Position numbers and translations under genes: made by a program. From positions 64,001 to 128,000 of the IMG/VR virus record IMGVR_UViG_3300009709_000001: 64,000 nucleotides of DNA; one strand, 5' to 3'. The DNA comes from a virus (taxonomy: Duplodnaviria; Heunggongvirae; Uroviricota; Caudoviricetes). Under the pieces are notes generated by a model. The model saw only the letters and a program-made list of their open reading frames with translations, had not been told where the DNA came from and searched no databases. Each line of letters starts with the position of its first letter. The first letter of the stretch is position 1. This document shows, one piece after another, positions 18,326 through 29,429 of the stretch.

Positions 18326-19785
18326 CAGTAATTCACCTTCTTTACTGTGAACGGATATTCAGCTTCAGCATAGAATTTCTTTCGTTTCGTTAAGTGCCGT
18401 TTTGAAAACTTACAGTTCGAACACACATCGTAGACATTAACGAAATCCTTATCAGGCGCAACACGAATGCCACGACCAATACTTTGAATAACTCTAACGA
18501 AACTCTTTCCTGCTTCGAACAACACTAGATTGAAAATCCGTACAATGTTAATACCAGTTGAGGCTACACCATATGTTGCGATGATAACCTTACCATCAAC
18601 CTCTTGAACTTCTTTGTATTCTTCCTTTCGGTCTTTCGACTTCATTTTGCCCGAAACAAAGATAGAATCTGGGATAAGTGATTGTAACATTTCACCAGTT
18701 TGAACGCGATCAACCAAAATGAGTGTATTGCCCGTCTCCGCCATTTCTACGACGGATTTCGCAATATGTTTCAATCTTGCTTGATTAGTGGTTAGCCACT
18801 TTAGCTCGGATTGATAATTATCGAATGCAACTTCGCCCAAATCTTGCATCTGCCATACGTTGATATGGAGTTGTGCAAGAATACCTTTTTCCTGAAGTTC
18901 TTTTGTATTGATCTTACCTAGCATCGGTCCAAGGCAAGCCATAACAGAAACTTTTTCAAATTCCTCCTCCGGCATTGTCCCGGTTAGCCCCCAACGAACG
19001 GGCGCGTTTCGAAGATATCCTGACAAAAGCTTTCTTAGGACGTCGGCCTTCGCCTTGTGCACCTCGTCGACGATGACGCAGACTACTCCATCGAAGAAAG
19101 CTTCGATATCGATATCAAGGTCTTCTTCTTTCGACCTCTTTGCTAGACTTTCTAAGCTTTGCCATGTGCAAATGGTATGAGTTTTACCATAGTCTTTTCT
19201 ATCTCCAAAGAATACCCCAACATCAAGCCCAAAGTTGATATAATCTTCTTCAGTTTGTGTGACAAGGTCTTTTGTAGGAACAATAACAATGCTTCGACCA
19301 TATAGCTCCACTTTGTTACTCAGAATTGCGGTAATGATTGTTTTACCTGCACCAGTTGGTGCAATGTTAATACCGGTTGGATTTTCCAGATAGGAATTGA
19401 TAACTTCTACCTGGTGATCACGAATCATGATAGGTTCACCGGCAAGTGGATGTCCTTTCGGCCACTTAATGTGAGAATAGCTATCTTCTTTTACAGCTTC
19501 GAATTCGAAAGTCTGTGAATTTTCTCGTAGATCTTCTACCTCAATTTCATATCCTGCTTCTTGCACAATTGGAAGAAGTTTGTCTAGAAGATTGATATAG
19601 GAACGTGCACCGATATCACAGAAACTTAACTTACCATTCCACCGGCCTAATTTGAAACTTGGCATGTGTCTTGCATAAGGAATTTCGTATTCCAATGCCT
19701 GAACAAGTTTTCTTCTTGTTGTGATATCTAAATCAAGAAATTTTATGTTAACTTCATCAAGTATCTGAAGTGTTGTCTTTGGCAT
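18325..19785 (-). CDS. uvsW: SF2 DNA helicase UvsW
   Basis: [24 protein letters not shown] motifs. Confidence 0.92.
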   Translation of the reverse strand: MPKTTLQILDEVNIKFLDLDITTRRKLVQALEYEIPYARHMPSFKLGRWNGKLSFCDIGARSYINLLDKLLPIVQEAGYEIEVEDLRENSQTFEFEAVKEDSYSHIKWPKGHPLAGEPIMIRDHQVEVINSYLENPTGINIAPTGAGKTIITAILSNKVELYGRSIVIVPTKDLVTQTEEDYINFGLDVGVFFGDRKDYGKTHTICTWQSLESLAKRSKEEDLDIDIEAFFDGVVCVIVDEVHKAKADVLRKLLSGYLRNAPVRWGLTGTMPEEEFEKVSVMACLGPMLGKINTKELQEKGILAQLHINVWQMQDLGEVAFDNYQSELKWLTTNQARLKHIAKSVVEMAETGNTLILVDRVQTGEMLQSLIPDSIFVSGKMKSKDRKEEYKEVQEVDGKVIIATYGVASTGINIVRIFNLVLFEAGKSFVRVIQSIGRGIRVAPDKDFVNVYDVCSNCKFSKRHLTKRKKFYAEAEYPFTVKKVNY

Positions 19786-20428
19786 TTTTGTATCTCTCTT
19801 GTTGTGCCTGTTTCATTCGCTCAATCTGTTCAGAAGTCCTTGGACCAGTTTTCTTACCACTATTCCAAGATTTCCGACCTTTGTTATTTTCTGACATTTT
19901 CTTTAAGTGTTCTAGCTGCTTTTCAGTTGTTCCATAAGATTGTCTGATTTCTGATAATTTCTTTTTGGTTTCCGCAGAATGTTTATTATTGCCGTTGGCT
20001 ATACGAGATTCGGTTCTTTTTCTACTATGTTCTTCAGTTTGTCTGCGACCCTTTCCAGCTACAGAAAGCCTGAGTCTAGTTTCATCGGAAGTCTTTTTAC
20101 CCTTATTCTTTTCAGATAAAATCTTCTTAGCAGATTCGGGGAATATCAGCCCAACTGATCCTTCCCCACCGTCTGTTCTATTTAACAAAATTCCAGTATT
20201 AAGGTCTTTTCTTCCCCACCATCTTATATAGAATCTTTCTAAGGCAAATGCACCAATTTCGGTCAAATTATCCTCAAGAATAATTACTCTATTTTTATCT
20301 TTCGGTGTAAGATTTCGTGCATGTTTCTCCCACGCCCGATTTCCCGTGCCCTTACCTATGTAATAAGGCGTTCCTGCAACCGAAGTTGCAGAATCTTTTT
20401 CACGAATGTAGGCATAAATGTAGAACAT
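19757..20428 (-). CDS. GIY-YIG homing endonuclease with NUMOD3 repeats
   Basis: [29 protein letters not shown]. Confidence 0.9.
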   Translation of the reverse strand: MFYIYAYIREKDSATSVAGTPYYIGKGTGNRAWEKHARNLTPKDKNRVIILEDNLTEIGAFALERFYIRWWGRKDLNTGILLNRTDGGEGSVGLIFPESAKKILSEKNKGKKTSDETRLRLSVAGKGRRQTEEHSRKRTESRIANGNNKHSAETKKKLSEIRQSYGTTEKQLEHLKKMSENNKGRKSWNSGKKTGPRTSEQIERMKQAQQERYKNAKDNTSDT

Positions 20429-20436
20429 TATTCTTC

Positions 20437-20898
20437 TTATAAGCTAGCGTCATCCAATCCGGCACATCGCAACTTTATAATATGACCGGTCATAAAGTTT
20501 TTCGCTTCAAAGCCTTTTGAAATTCCTAGGAATTTATTTCGTAGAAGTGCAACCTCATTGATAAGCATTGTCAGATCAACAATTGCCGGCACTCCATCGA
20601 CATACTTTTCGGCATCCCTTGAACTCAGAGCTTTCGCATAGGCTTCTAGAAATTTCTTAAATTCTATCGACCTTTCTTTTCTGAGTTTGATATTCAGATA
20701 TTCGAGCACGGCTTCAATTTCTTGTAATTGGCCGAATCTATGCTCGACTAGACCCGGTAACTCTGCAGCATGCCGTTCAAGGGATTTACCCTTGAGAGAC
20801 AACTCGAGTTTTGCCAGATCTAGTTCTTTCTCATAGTGGTCGATAAATCCCGCAACCTGTGTAAGGTCGGCGGTGACTTTATAGTACCAGTTACTCAT
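20437..20898 (-). CDS. uvsY: recombination mediator UvsY-like
   Basis: helical 153-aa protein with DAEKYVDG; lies between uvsX and uvsW. Confidence 0.7.
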   Translation of the reverse strand: MSNWYYKVTADLTQVAGFIDHYEKELDLAKLELSLKGKSLERHAAELPGLVEHRFGQLQEIEAVLEYLNIKLRKERSIEFKKFLEAYAKALSSRDAEKYVDGVPAIVDLTMLINEVALLRNKFLGISKGFEAKNFMTGHIIKLRCAGLDDASL

Positions 20899-21203
20899 AG
20901 GCTGTGGACTCTTTTGATTCCGTTTTCTATAGCTAGAATTAGCATCGCAGCTTTCTGCGTGCGTGACATTACCGCTCTTCTAATCGCAAGTAGTTTTGGA
21001 GGGACCATAAGGTCTTCAGCCAACGCCTTGTGTACGCTGGTCAGATTGACTGGCTCAGTAATCCATAACACGTATTCCGCACCGACGCTTGTGTCTTTCA
21101 TGCCTTCTCGGAACTGTTGGATTTTCGCAATAGATTGCTGAGCATCCTTGCTTTTGATTGTTTCGAGCAGTTCTTGCCCGAATTCAGTAGCTGTCTTCGT
21201 CAT
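20895..21203 (-). CDS. hypothetical protein
   Basis: start re-called to MTKTATE behind GAGG. Confidence 0.65.
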   Translation of the reverse strand: MTKTATEFGQELLETIKSKDAQQSIAKIQQFREGMKDTSVGAEYVLWITEPVNLTSVHKALAEDLMVPPKLLAIRRAVMSRTQKAAMLILAIENGIKRVHSL

Positions 21204-21417
21204 AGTCTTCCTCTTCACCAAATTCAGCCAAGTGGCTCCGTGCTGCGGCACGAAGTTCCTTATCGAGATCCTGATCTAAAAGATCATCGTCAACAAGACC
21301 GAATTCATCAAACACAACAACCATGATGTCTGCAACTTCAAGCCGCTCCTTTGGAGGAATGTGCGACTTGATACGCGACCATAGTTCAATTAACAGTTCA
21401 TGATTTTCACTGATCAT
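21184..21417 (-). CDS. small acidic hypothetical protein
   Basis: 77-aa ORF coupled to uvsX. Confidence 0.7.
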   Translation of the reverse strand: MISENHELLIELWSRIKSHIPPKERLEVADIMVVVFDEFGLVDDDLLDQDLDKELRAAARSHLAEFGEEEDYDEDSY

Positions 21418-22496
21418 ACTGCTACTCCAGCCTGCTCCAGTTCTGCATCGGTGATTACGGCTTGCAGGTCGTCTTGAGTAAACTCATCCATAATCACTTT
21501 CATTTTATCGATATCGTTCCATTCTTTGCGGAAGTATTTCATTTCTTCCCCAGTCTTCTTACACTTGTACTTGTATCGATTACCTTCTTTTACCAATACG
21601 CCAGACTTCTCGAACAAGTCGAACAATCCAGAGATTGGATTCATACCCGACTCCCACGGAATATCGATCTTGATAGATTCGAAAGGCTTAGAGTAACGAG
21701 TCTTCACAACCTTACAGGTCGAACGAATACCCATAACATCAGATACCTTATTTCCGTCTTCGTCTTCCTTCAGCTTGTATTTCTTCATTGCAATAACGAT
21801 ACTTGATGCAAAGATGAAACCAGAACCACCGGAAATCTTGTCGTCAGGATCGAACATGTCCTGGCTTGCGTAGGTGTGGTTAGTAACAACCATGCCCATA
21901 TTCAAGTCACCAAACATATTCACACAGTTCGAAACAAAGGCCTTGAGTTGCTTAGCCTTACGTCCCATATCGCCCTTCATATCACCAGACTGGAATTGGT
22001 TAACTTCAGTCGGAGTAAGCAACATACCGATCGAGTCTACAATGAAGAGAATCTTAGGTCTGTCTTCTTTAGGAAGGTCGAGATAATTGGTTTTGTATTC
22101 TTTAACGAAGTCATGCACAATCGATGCAACTTCGTCGACAAGTGTTGCACCAATACGCAACATCTTATCTTCACTTGTGTCGACTCCAAGATTATGGAGC
22201 CACTTTTCATCAAGCGCATTTTCTGTGTCGATCATAACAACAAAAATGCCTTGATCTTGTGCCGCTTTGGCAATATTGCCCGAAACAATATATGATTTGC
22301 CCGATCCAGATTCACCTGCGAAAACCGTAACCTTACCCATAGGTACGCCACGATAGAAATCGCCACTGATAAGAAAGTTCAAGCCATATGATCCGGTGCT
22401 CACCCAGGTATCAGGATCGTTGAATCCTGTCGAAATACCTGTAATGTTCTTAGTGATACTCTTGCGAAATTTCGCAATGTCAAAAGGTCTGGTCAT
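21414..22496 (-). CDS. uvsX: RecA-like recombinase UvsX
   Basis: GESGSGKS, IDTENA, VDSIG, SGGSG, KTR motifs. Confidence 0.95.
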   Translation of the reverse strand: MTRPFDIAKFRKSITKNITGISTGFNDPDTWVSTGSYGLNFLISGDFYRGVPMGKVTVFAGESGSGKSYIVSGNIAKAAQDQGIFVVMIDTENALDEKWLHNLGVDTSEDKMLRIGATLVDEVASIVHDFVKEYKTNYLDLPKEDRPKILFIVDSIGMLLTPTEVNQFQSGDMKGDMGRKAKQLKAFVSNCVNMFGDLNMGMVVTNHTYASQDMFDPDDKISGGSGFIFASSIVIAMKKYKLKEDEDGNKVSDVMGIRSTCKVVKTRYSKPFESIKIDIPWESGMNPISGLFDLFEKSGVLVKEGNRYKYKCKKTGEEMKYFRKEWNDIDKMKVIMDEFTQDDLQAVITDAELEQAGVAV

Positions 22497-22516
22497 AGGT
22501 TTCCCCTAAAGTTAAT

Positions 22517-22544
22517 TAGGGTAGCTTCGAGCTACCCTATTTTT
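22517..22544. terminator. hairpin/terminator between gp32 and uvsX
   Basis: TAGGGTAGC-TTCGA-GCTACCCTA with T-tract on the plus strand. Confidence 0.6.
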
Positions 22545-22558
22545 AGTTTCTTATTTTC

Positions 22559-23584
22559 TTACTTATTGCGATTTCTGAGCATCGCCAAGATTTCTTGCGG
22601 TGACTTGCCAGTTGTGGCAGTTGCCTCTTCCTTGACTTCTACAGACGCTGGTTCATCTTCGCCGTCCCATGGTGCAGCTTCTTCAGCTACTGGGGCAACC
22701 GGTGCAGCCTTCACAGGCGCCGGTGTTGCTGGCTTCATCGCTGGTGCTGGTGCACGAGCTGGAGTATCGCTACCACCGGTATTCGAATCGAGTCCGTATG
22801 GCTTGTAGAATTGTGCCCAGCGAGCTGGATCATACAATTCACCGTCTAGCGATGCTTGGAACATCTCGAACATACCTGCGAGTTGTTCAGGGGTTGGCTT
22901 CTTAGGCAGATATGTAGATAAATCAACCAAACCATATTGGTTAATTGCATCCATCATTTCTTCAGTAAGACTAGATTCCTTACGTGCCCACTTCGATGTG
23001 CTGTAATCAGCAAATCCGCCCTTGCTGGTCTTAGCGACAATGAAGTCGAGACCGTTAGTGTAATCCACTGGGCTGTAGGTCAATTCCGGATCCATCAATG
23101 CAGCCTTGATGATCGTATAGATCTGTGGGGTGATGATGAACTTGCGAATTGGGTTTTCAGGAGTATCTGTTTCGTTGGAAGGATCCTGCTTAACGAAACC
23201 CTGCATGTAATAGGTGCGCTTCACCCAATACTTGCTCGCAATGGTCTTCAACGAATCATCTTTCCACCATGGACGTACTTCGTTAAGGATTGGGCAAGTG
23301 TTCTTGCCATCCCACATTTCGATACATGGAACTTGGACTTCGACTTCTTTATTCTCATCGTGTCCCTTAATACCAGGGAAGGTGAGCTTGATCATTTGCT
23401 TTTCTGCCCAGAAGAAAGTGTTATCTGGGTTTGCATCAGGAAGGAAGCGGAGGATTGCGGAGGTGCCTTCTGGGATATTCCACTGTGGATACACAGTCTT
23501 ATCCTTGTTGCCGGAGCCGGCTGGTCCCTTGCGGACTTCTAAGGCTTGGAGTTTCTTGCGGATTTCTTCTAGAGTTTTTGACAT
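22559..23584 (-). CDS. single-stranded DNA-binding protein (T4 gp32-like)
   Basis: LRFLPD, CxxMW..CPI, GLDF..K..GGFADYSTSKW motifs; acidic/Ala-rich tail. Confidence 0.92.
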   Translation of the reverse strand: MSKTLEEIRKKLQALEVRKGPAGSGNKDKTVYPQWNIPEGTSAILRFLPDANPDNTFFWAEKQMIKLTFPGIKGHDENKEVEVQVPCIEMWDGKNTCPILNEVRPWWKDDSLKTIASKYWVKRTYYMQGFVKQDPSNETDTPENPIRKFIITPQIYTIIKAALMDPELTYSPVDYTNGLDFIVAKTSKGGFADYSTSKWARKESSLTEEMMDAINQYGLVDLSTYLPKKPTPEQLAGMFEMFQASLDGELYDPARWAQFYKPYGLDSNTGGSDTPARAPAPAMKPATPAPVKAAPVAPVAEEAAPWDGEDEPASVEVKEEATATTGKSPQEILAMLRNRNK

Positions 23585-23702
23585 GATTTTATTTTTCCTA
23601 TGCTTTCGTTTTTATAAGAATGCTTGTTTATCGAGACACACATCTACTAGGGTCACATTACTCCCTTTCGCATGCTTTCCTGATTGGGTATCAACAGTGT
23701 CT

Positions 23703-23731
23703 ATTGTATGATACCCTTTTTCGTTTGTCAA
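23703..23731 (-). promoter_or_regulatory. sigma70 promoter for the gp32-uvsX operon
   Basis: TTGACA-17 nt-TACAAT. Confidence 0.8.
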
Positions 23732-23738
23732 GAACTTC

Positions 23739-25052
23739 TTATAGGAAGTTAAAATCAAAACGATCGAAGAATGTACTCAGGTCAGTACACTCACGAATTT
23801 CTTTTGGCGCAGACTTTGTTTCTTCAATAATTTGAAGATTCTCAAGAACTTGGACGAGAACGGCCTTTTCAAAGTCGTTGACGATGCCTTCCTTGCAAAG
23901 CTTGGTTCCAACCTTGTTAACGAAGCCAGCAAGTTCATCATTTTCAACGATGCGCAATGCCAATTCATTAATTTTGAATCCTAGACGAGCATTTTCGCTT
24001 GCGAATTCAAACATTGGTGTAATATTTATCGATTCACGACGGACCAATATTGGATTTGCGGCAGATTCTTCAATACGCTTGAGGTAGGTATCTTTCTCTT
24101 GAACGAGCTGTTTTACGATAGGAAGAACTTCTTCAAACTTTTCATCGAAACGACGAATGGTAAAAAGTTCCTTCAAATTAGAAGTATCATCTTCAGATAG
24201 CTGTTCACGTTCAAAAGTTTCGATACGAGCCTTCACAGTTTCGTAAGTCTTCGAACCTTGCAACTTTCTAATCTCTGTACGTAGAGTTTCGATGTTCTCT
24301 TTAATAGTTTCGACAATGCCGGAACTATCTTCATTAATGAGTTTGTTGGTTGTCACATAGCGGTTGAAAGACTGGAGCTTCAAAAGTTGGCCAGTGCTTT
24401 CTGTAATATAGCCGCCTACCTTATCGGTCATTAGACCACCGTGCGCCATATGTTGTGCCATAGCTCGAGCGCCGGGTAGGTAATTGTGTGGGAAACGGAA
24501 ACGCTCGCCATTGCACTCTAGGAAGATTGCACTGATCTGGCGTGTTCTAGATCCACGAATATTTTCGTCGATTGGAGTCTTGTGTTTAACAAGGATTCTT
24601 ACGTTCTCGAGTGTCTGCTGAGAAGTTCTTGCAGTACCGAACATTTTGCTTAGACTTTCTGAGAGTGTATTCATATCATTTCCAATACTTTTTTCCATCA
24701 TTGCACCAGCTCCTGCAGACTTATTCTTCGCACCGTAAGAAAAGTGACGAGGCTGAATTTCCTTTCCAAAAACCTTGGTATCGAAATTCATCAAGAATTC
24801 GTTTGCAAGATTTCTAATGTTTTTCTGCAGAGCGGTAATCTCTTCATTCTCTACAGATGATCCTTTGCTGAAAGCAATCTCATTTCCTTCTTCATCAATG
24901 GTAACCATAAGGTTAGGTTCATTGATGAAAAATCTGCGAGCGGTGCTTGGGTCTGTTGTTTCAGATCCAATATCATCGAAGATCTTAATTTGTAAACCGT
25001 TACCTTTTAGCAACGCAAAGATCTTATTCGCAAGAGTTTCGATTTCGACCAT
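23739..25052 (-). CDS. conserved late hypothetical (virion?) protein
   Basis: 437-aa ORF, AAGGA RBS, late motif at 25068-25075. Confidence 0.7.
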   Translation of the reverse strand: MVEIETLANKIFALLKGNGLQIKIFDDIGSETTDPSTARRFFINEPNLMVTIDEEGNEIAFSKGSSVENEEITALQKNIRNLANEFLMNFDTKVFGKEIQPRHFSYGAKNKSAGAGAMMEKSIGNDMNTLSESLSKMFGTARTSQQTLENVRILVKHKTPIDENIRGSRTRQISAIFLECNGERFRFPHNYLPGARAMAQHMAHGGLMTDKVGGYITESTGQLLKLQSFNRYVTTNKLINEDSSGIVETIKENIETLRTEIRKLQGSKTYETVKARIETFEREQLSEDDTSNLKELFTIRRFDEKFEEVLPIVKQLVQEKDTYLKRIEESAANPILVRRESINITPMFEFASENARLGFKINELALRIVENDELAGFVNKVGTKLCKEGIVNDFEKAVLVQVLENLQIIEETKSAPKEIRECTDLSTFFDRFDFNFL

Positions 25053-25080
25053 AATATTCCTTTCGCTTATTTATCTGTAA

Positions 25081-26655
25081 TCAGATGAAAACAGGCATCG
25101 GCGCATCATAGTTACCTTCGTCGTCCCCGATCACGCTGCTATTTATGGCAGCCTGTGACTTATCATCCCAAGTCGAGATATAGTCGATCATACGAACAGC
25201 AAGAATCATAGCCATAATCAAGTCGTCAGTTTGTCCAATGCGCGCTTCGAAAGTATTACCTCTCGATACGAAGACTTTAAGTTCCGACAAGATACCCTTC
25301 GAATTTAATCTCATGCGGTTAGATTCGATAAGGAATTTCAATTTAGCACAAGCTTCGAGTTTAGACTTGTTAGTTGTGACAAATCCGGCACGACGACCAG
25401 TCTTACCCTGTAATCTGTTCTTAGGATCGTGAAGCATGGTTCCATGGAACGATTCTTCACCTGTATCACGAATAACAACAAGAGCAGCTTCACCGAGTGT
25501 GTTACTTTCAACCGACCAGTAAATTTCAGGTTTACCATTTTCGTGCAATTCTTGAAGAATCTTACGCATGGTACGAATTTGTTCTTCAATGGGAGCCTTG
25601 TTATTACTCCATTCTGCGACCTGATTTAACGACGGTAATTCGAGAACTTGAATTGCAGCATTGTCACCGCCGGTTCCCAAAGATGGATCCAACGAAACAA
25701 CATAAGTTGCACTCGGATTAATAGGTGCAAACCAACGAACCTGACCACTCTTACGAATAGGCTGAATAGAACTGAGCTGTGCAAGCTTAATCGGATTAAT
25801 AAGAGTTTCTTCAAAGGTAATGAATTCGCAATTGTGTTCACGCAAGAAACGATCTTCGCCAAGTGCGGCCATTTCAGAATCGGCCCAGGCCTGATCTCTA
25901 TCAGGGTGAGCACTCCAGGTTGTAATGAATGGACGGAATCCATTCTGTCCTAGCTCGGTTTCATTGCCCAATGCATCGACTTGTCTATTAGCGCCAAACC
26001 AAATATCAGCAAACTGATCTTCGTCGGTATTTGGAGTAGAAGTAATAATACACTTACCACCAGTAGACAGAGTAGGAGATAGTGAAGTCCAGAATTCTTT
26101 TGCGATATTTGGTTCCACGAACGCAAATTCGTCAAGATAGACTAGGGAAAGCGACATACCACGACCGGTATTTTCAGTTGTGGTTGTTGCAACGATACGA
26201 GAACCGTTGTCAAAGTCGATCGAACGCTTGTTATAGGTTTTCGCACCTGCACGAATGTGGTCGGGCACACATTCATATGCATAACGAACTCGGTGCATAA
26301 TTTCCTGAGCACCGTCATACTTATTGGATGCAATCAAAATAGTCGAGTCTTCGACAAACATTGCATACCACAAAAGGTAACCGGACGCAACAGTGGTCTT
26401 ACCCAACTGGCGTCCAAGCATGTTAATCGATTTTCTATATTTTGTGTAATTTTCTAGAAGTGCGATTTGGTAATCAAAAAGCTGAAGTTTCTGTTTACCT
26501 TTCGTTGCGTGCTGGACATACATGAAATTTTGAATGAAGTACAAAGGACCGGTTATAGGATCCATGCACGCCTTCAGCTCGTCGATTTGCTCCTTTGTGT
26601 AGGTAACCTTCGAGTATGCACGCTTTACGAGTTTATCGTCCTGATAAATTGCCAT
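25081..26655 (-). CDS. terminase large subunit (gp17-like)
   Basis: RQLGKTT, LDEFAF, ITSTPN, nuclease motifs LDPSLG and DDLIM. Confidence 0.95.
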   Translation of the reverse strand: MAIYQDDKLVKRAYSKVTYTKEQIDELKACMDPITGPLYFIQNFMYVQHATKGKQKLQLFDYQIALLENYTKYRKSINMLGRQLGKTTVASGYLLWYAMFVEDSTILIASNKYDGAQEIMHRVRYAYECVPDHIRAGAKTYNKRSIDFDNGSRIVATTTTENTGRGMSLSLVYLDEFAFVEPNIAKEFWTSLSPTLSTGGKCIITSTPNTDEDQFADIWFGANRQVDALGNETELGQNGFRPFITTWSAHPDRDQAWADSEMAALGEDRFLREHNCEFITFEETLINPIKLAQLSSIQPIRKSGQVRWFAPINPSATYVVSLDPSLGTGGDNAAIQVLELPSLNQVAEWSNNKAPIEEQIRTMRKILQELHENGKPEIYWSVESNTLGEAALVVIRDTGEESFHGTMLHDPKNRLQGKTGRRAGFVTTNKSKLEACAKLKFLIESNRMRLNSKGILSELKVFVSRGNTFEARIGQTDDLIMAMILAVRMIDYISTWDDKSQAAINSSVIGDDEGNYDAPMPVFI

Positions 26656-28232
26656 TATTTCTTCAGATTAGGCTTCTTACCATCTTTGGCTTTTTCGCCC
26701 TTCTCTGCCTTCTTTTCCTCTTTAGGTTCTTCGCCTTTTTTGGCCTTTTCACCCTTCTTAGGCTTTTGAGATGCGGTTTCCTTTAGATAGGTTCTGTAAC
26801 CGTAAACCAATTCTTTATGTAGCTCGGTAACTTGCATCTTCTTCTGTTCTGGATTGTCACCCTGACGTGCGCCGGATGGGCCAACCTTCTTAACAACAGG
26901 ACTATCCGCACCATTAGGGAAATAGTCTTGACCAGATGCATATTGCTCGCTATCGTAACCATTGTTCAAGTCAAAATCTTCTTCCATTGCACATGCAATA
27001 TCTGCGCTTGCTGGATTAGACTGCCGGCATGTATCTACTTGTGCTTCTTTCATTTCATTACCTTCTAAATCGACAAACATTCCTGCTTCGTCACGGATAC
27101 CGTTTTCGAAACTATAAAGTCTCGGATTGCGTTTATACCATTCCATAAAGTGGGCGTGTCTTTGAGCTTCGCCGAGGCTATCGAAAGGACCAGATGCAAT
27201 CATGCCATCTTGTGCAACAATAAACCATCCTTGCTCTGTACCAAGATCTTGATCAGGATGCAATTCAATTGCCTCATCAGTTTCATGTTTGCCATGTTTC
27301 TTATCATAGATTGACCATGCTGTAGCAAATGCCTTTTCGGGATGACCAGGGTATTCTTTCTTGATGTCCTTCACAGCCTTTTCCATTCCCGGAGGAGCCT
27401 TTTCATACACTCCCGGGCTGTCGTCGTGATTTAGCCCTAGCATCATATCTTCATCGCCTTCAATTCCCGAATTGTTACCCTTAACACCGTCTGGGAGAGT
27501 TTCACCTTGATCAAACCATTCAAGATACGCGTCAAGTTCGGGTACCTGCTTTGAACCAATAATACCACCGGCTAACGCACTGTCCTTTGTTTCTTGTTTT
27601 GCCTTATCGGGAAAAGCACTTCGACTGAGCATACGAGTATAGAGAGTAGCAATTGCATCTTTCTGCCAGGCACTAAATGAGCTATTAGGTGAATCTACGC
27701 CATCTTCACTTACTTTTCCCTTACCGTGCTTCTTGTCATAGATCGACCATGCAGTGGCAAAAGCCTTTTCTTCATGACCGGGATATTCTTTCTTCAGACT
27801 CTTAACGAGTGCTTCTTCGCCTGGAGGTGCCTTTTCGGCAACACCTTGCTTCTTGGCAAGAACACCCTTGACGAATTCGTCAACGTTTCTAACTCTCCAA
27901 TCAGCCTGCGATTTAGGTACACGGATTACCAAGACCTTCTGGCCTTGATTTCTCAGAGATTGTGCTTCAAGGCGTGCATCTTCTGCATCGTCCGCATCAA
28001 ACTGGTGTCCCCAAGTGTCGGTTGCTGGATCGTAATAGAAAACCGAATGATACATCGGTTCACGCTTTGCTTCATCGACTGCAGGTTGTGAAGAATCAAA
28101 GCCAGAATAAGCCTGATCTCTACCAACAGTTCCGGCAGTTTGCATATCCGATTCTGTGCCGCCAGGGCTTCCAACTCCTGGAACGGCCATTACGCCTTCC
28201 ATAAGTTTAATCATATCTCTCATTGATTTCAT
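26655..28232 (-). CDS. putative head-internal protein with two ChaB-like repeats
   Basis: two copies of EKAPPG..KKEYPGH.EKAFATAWSIYDKKHGK; Lys/Glu-rich tail. Confidence 0.65.
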   Translation of the reverse strand: MKSMRDMIKLMEGVMAVPGVGSPGGTESDMQTAGTVGRDQAYSGFDSSQPAVDEAKREPMYHSVFYYDPATDTWGHQFDADDAEDARLEAQSLRNQGQKVLVIRVPKSQADWRVRNVDEFVKGVLAKKQGVAEKAPPGEEALVKSLKKEYPGHEEKAFATAWSIYDKKHGKGKVSEDGVDSPNSSFSAWQKDAIATLYTRMLSRSAFPDKAKQETKDSALAGGIIGSKQVPELDAYLEWFDQGETLPDGVKGNNSGIEGDEDMMLGLNHDDSPGVYEKAPPGMEKAVKDIKKEYPGHPEKAFATAWSIYDKKHGKHETDEAIELHPDQDLGTEQGWFIVAQDGMIASGPFDSLGEAQRHAHFMEWYKRNPRLYSFENGIRDEAGMFVDLEGNEMKEAQVDTCRQSNPASADIACAMEEDFDLNNGYDSEQYASGQDYFPNGADSPVVKKVGPSGARQGDNPEQKKMQVTELHKELVYGYRTYLKETASQKPKKGEKAKKGEEPKEEKKAEKGEKAKDGKKPNLKK

Positions 28233-28915
28233 AGTAGACCTACCTTTAATAGATTAGGCTTCTTAATTCTACCAAAGAAACCGACTGCATCTGTCTTAAG
28301 ATTCTTCGGATCGTTGAATCCATCGTAACCCTTAGGCAAAGTCGAATGATCAACAGATTGATCAGGAATCAAAGAATTCGTAACAGTGACTGTATCACGT
28401 TCTTTACGAACTTGTTCGAGTTCCTTCAAGAAACCAGTGTTATACTTTTCACCGTATTTTTCCTCTTCTGCACCAGGGACTTGTTCATAGTCGCTTCCGA
28501 GACGAGTCTTGTACTTCGCCTTGTATTCTGGGGAGTTACGGTCGATATACAAATCTGTCTCGATCTGACGTGGATCGTTCGAAGAATACACTGCGAGTTG
28601 TGCAGGGGAAATTCCGAGATTGTTACAGATGTAAGTTCTTAGGAAATCAAGACTTGCCGGATATGCCAAAGTAATATCACAGATATAAACCGATGTATTC
28701 TTTACGTTTGGAAAATCGAGTGGACTTTCTTGAATAGGTGTTTTTCTAAAAGCGGAAGCTTGCTTCAATTGATACTTGGTAAGGCAAGCTTCAAGCATAT
28801 CAACTCGTGCATCTTCCATTTCGTTAACGGCGAATTTCAAGACGTACTTGTAATCGGTCTTGACTTCTGCAACGTAGGATGCGAATGATTTGTTTTCTGA
28901 CATAGATGTCTCCAA
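28229..28915 (-). CDS. conserved late hypothetical protein
   Basis: 228-aa ORF, late motif at 28924-28931. Confidence 0.7.
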   Translation of the reverse strand: METSMSENKSFASYVAEVKTDYKYVLKFAVNEMEDARVDMLEACLTKYQLKQASAFRKTPIQESPLDFPNVKNTSVYICDITLAYPASLDFLRTYICNNLGISPAQLAVYSSNDPRQIETDLYIDRNSPEYKAKYKTRLGSDYEQVPGAEEEKYGEKYNTGFLKELEQVRKERDTVTVTNSLIPDQSVDHSTLPKGYDGFNDPKNLKTDAVGFFGRIKKPNLLKVGLL

Positions 28916-28922
28916 TATTGGA

Positions 28923-29429
28923 CTATTTATCAGAGTTTTCCGATCTAGAGGCCACTAAATGTCGTAGCAATTCGTTACGATCGAATTCTCCACCAGAAGG
29001 ATTGGTACTCTTTCCATTACCATTCTCAAAATCGATCTGTTCAGCACGGATTTTCTTGAGTTGAAGTTCGATTAGTTTAAGTTTTTTGTCGGCCTTTGCA
29101 TTCTTTGCTTCGAGTGCTGTCTTAAGCATTTGACCGGCAACTTCAAAGATCTTACCAGCATGCATATCCGGAACATTACCACCTAGCGAAACTAAGTCTT
29201 CGAATGTCTGAACTGCCTTCTTTGCAATATCATCCATTTCGTAGTCATGTGTATCGAGCCCAACAACCATCGGCAATGCTGCGTCAACCTTTTCTGTTGT
29301 GCTTAGAGAAGAGTAAATGGCAGAAGCTTCCGTCATTAATTCGTCTTTAGTCTTCGCAGGAACAATTTCTTCCGGCTCGGGTTCATCCATAGGCGGTAAA
29401 TTAAAAAATTCTTCCATTTTGCGCGTCAC
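28923..29429 (-). CDS. probable terminase small subunit
   Basis: helical GKIFEVAGQMLKTALEA resembles gp16; near the large terminase. Confidence 0.55.
   Translation of the reverse strand: MTRKMEEFFNLPPMDEPEPEEIVPAKTKDELMTEASAIYSSLSTTEKVDAALPMVVGLDTHDYEMDDIAKKAVQTFEDLVSLGGNVPDMHAGKIFEVAGQMLKTALEAKNAKADKKLKLIELQLKKIRAEQIDFENGNGKSTNPSGGEFDRNELLRHLVASRSENSDK

Noticed and set aside
9005-26655. Inteins or group I introns in helicase, UvsW, UvsX or terminase
   Set aside because: Proteins are of normal length with contiguous motifs; the endonucleases lie between genes
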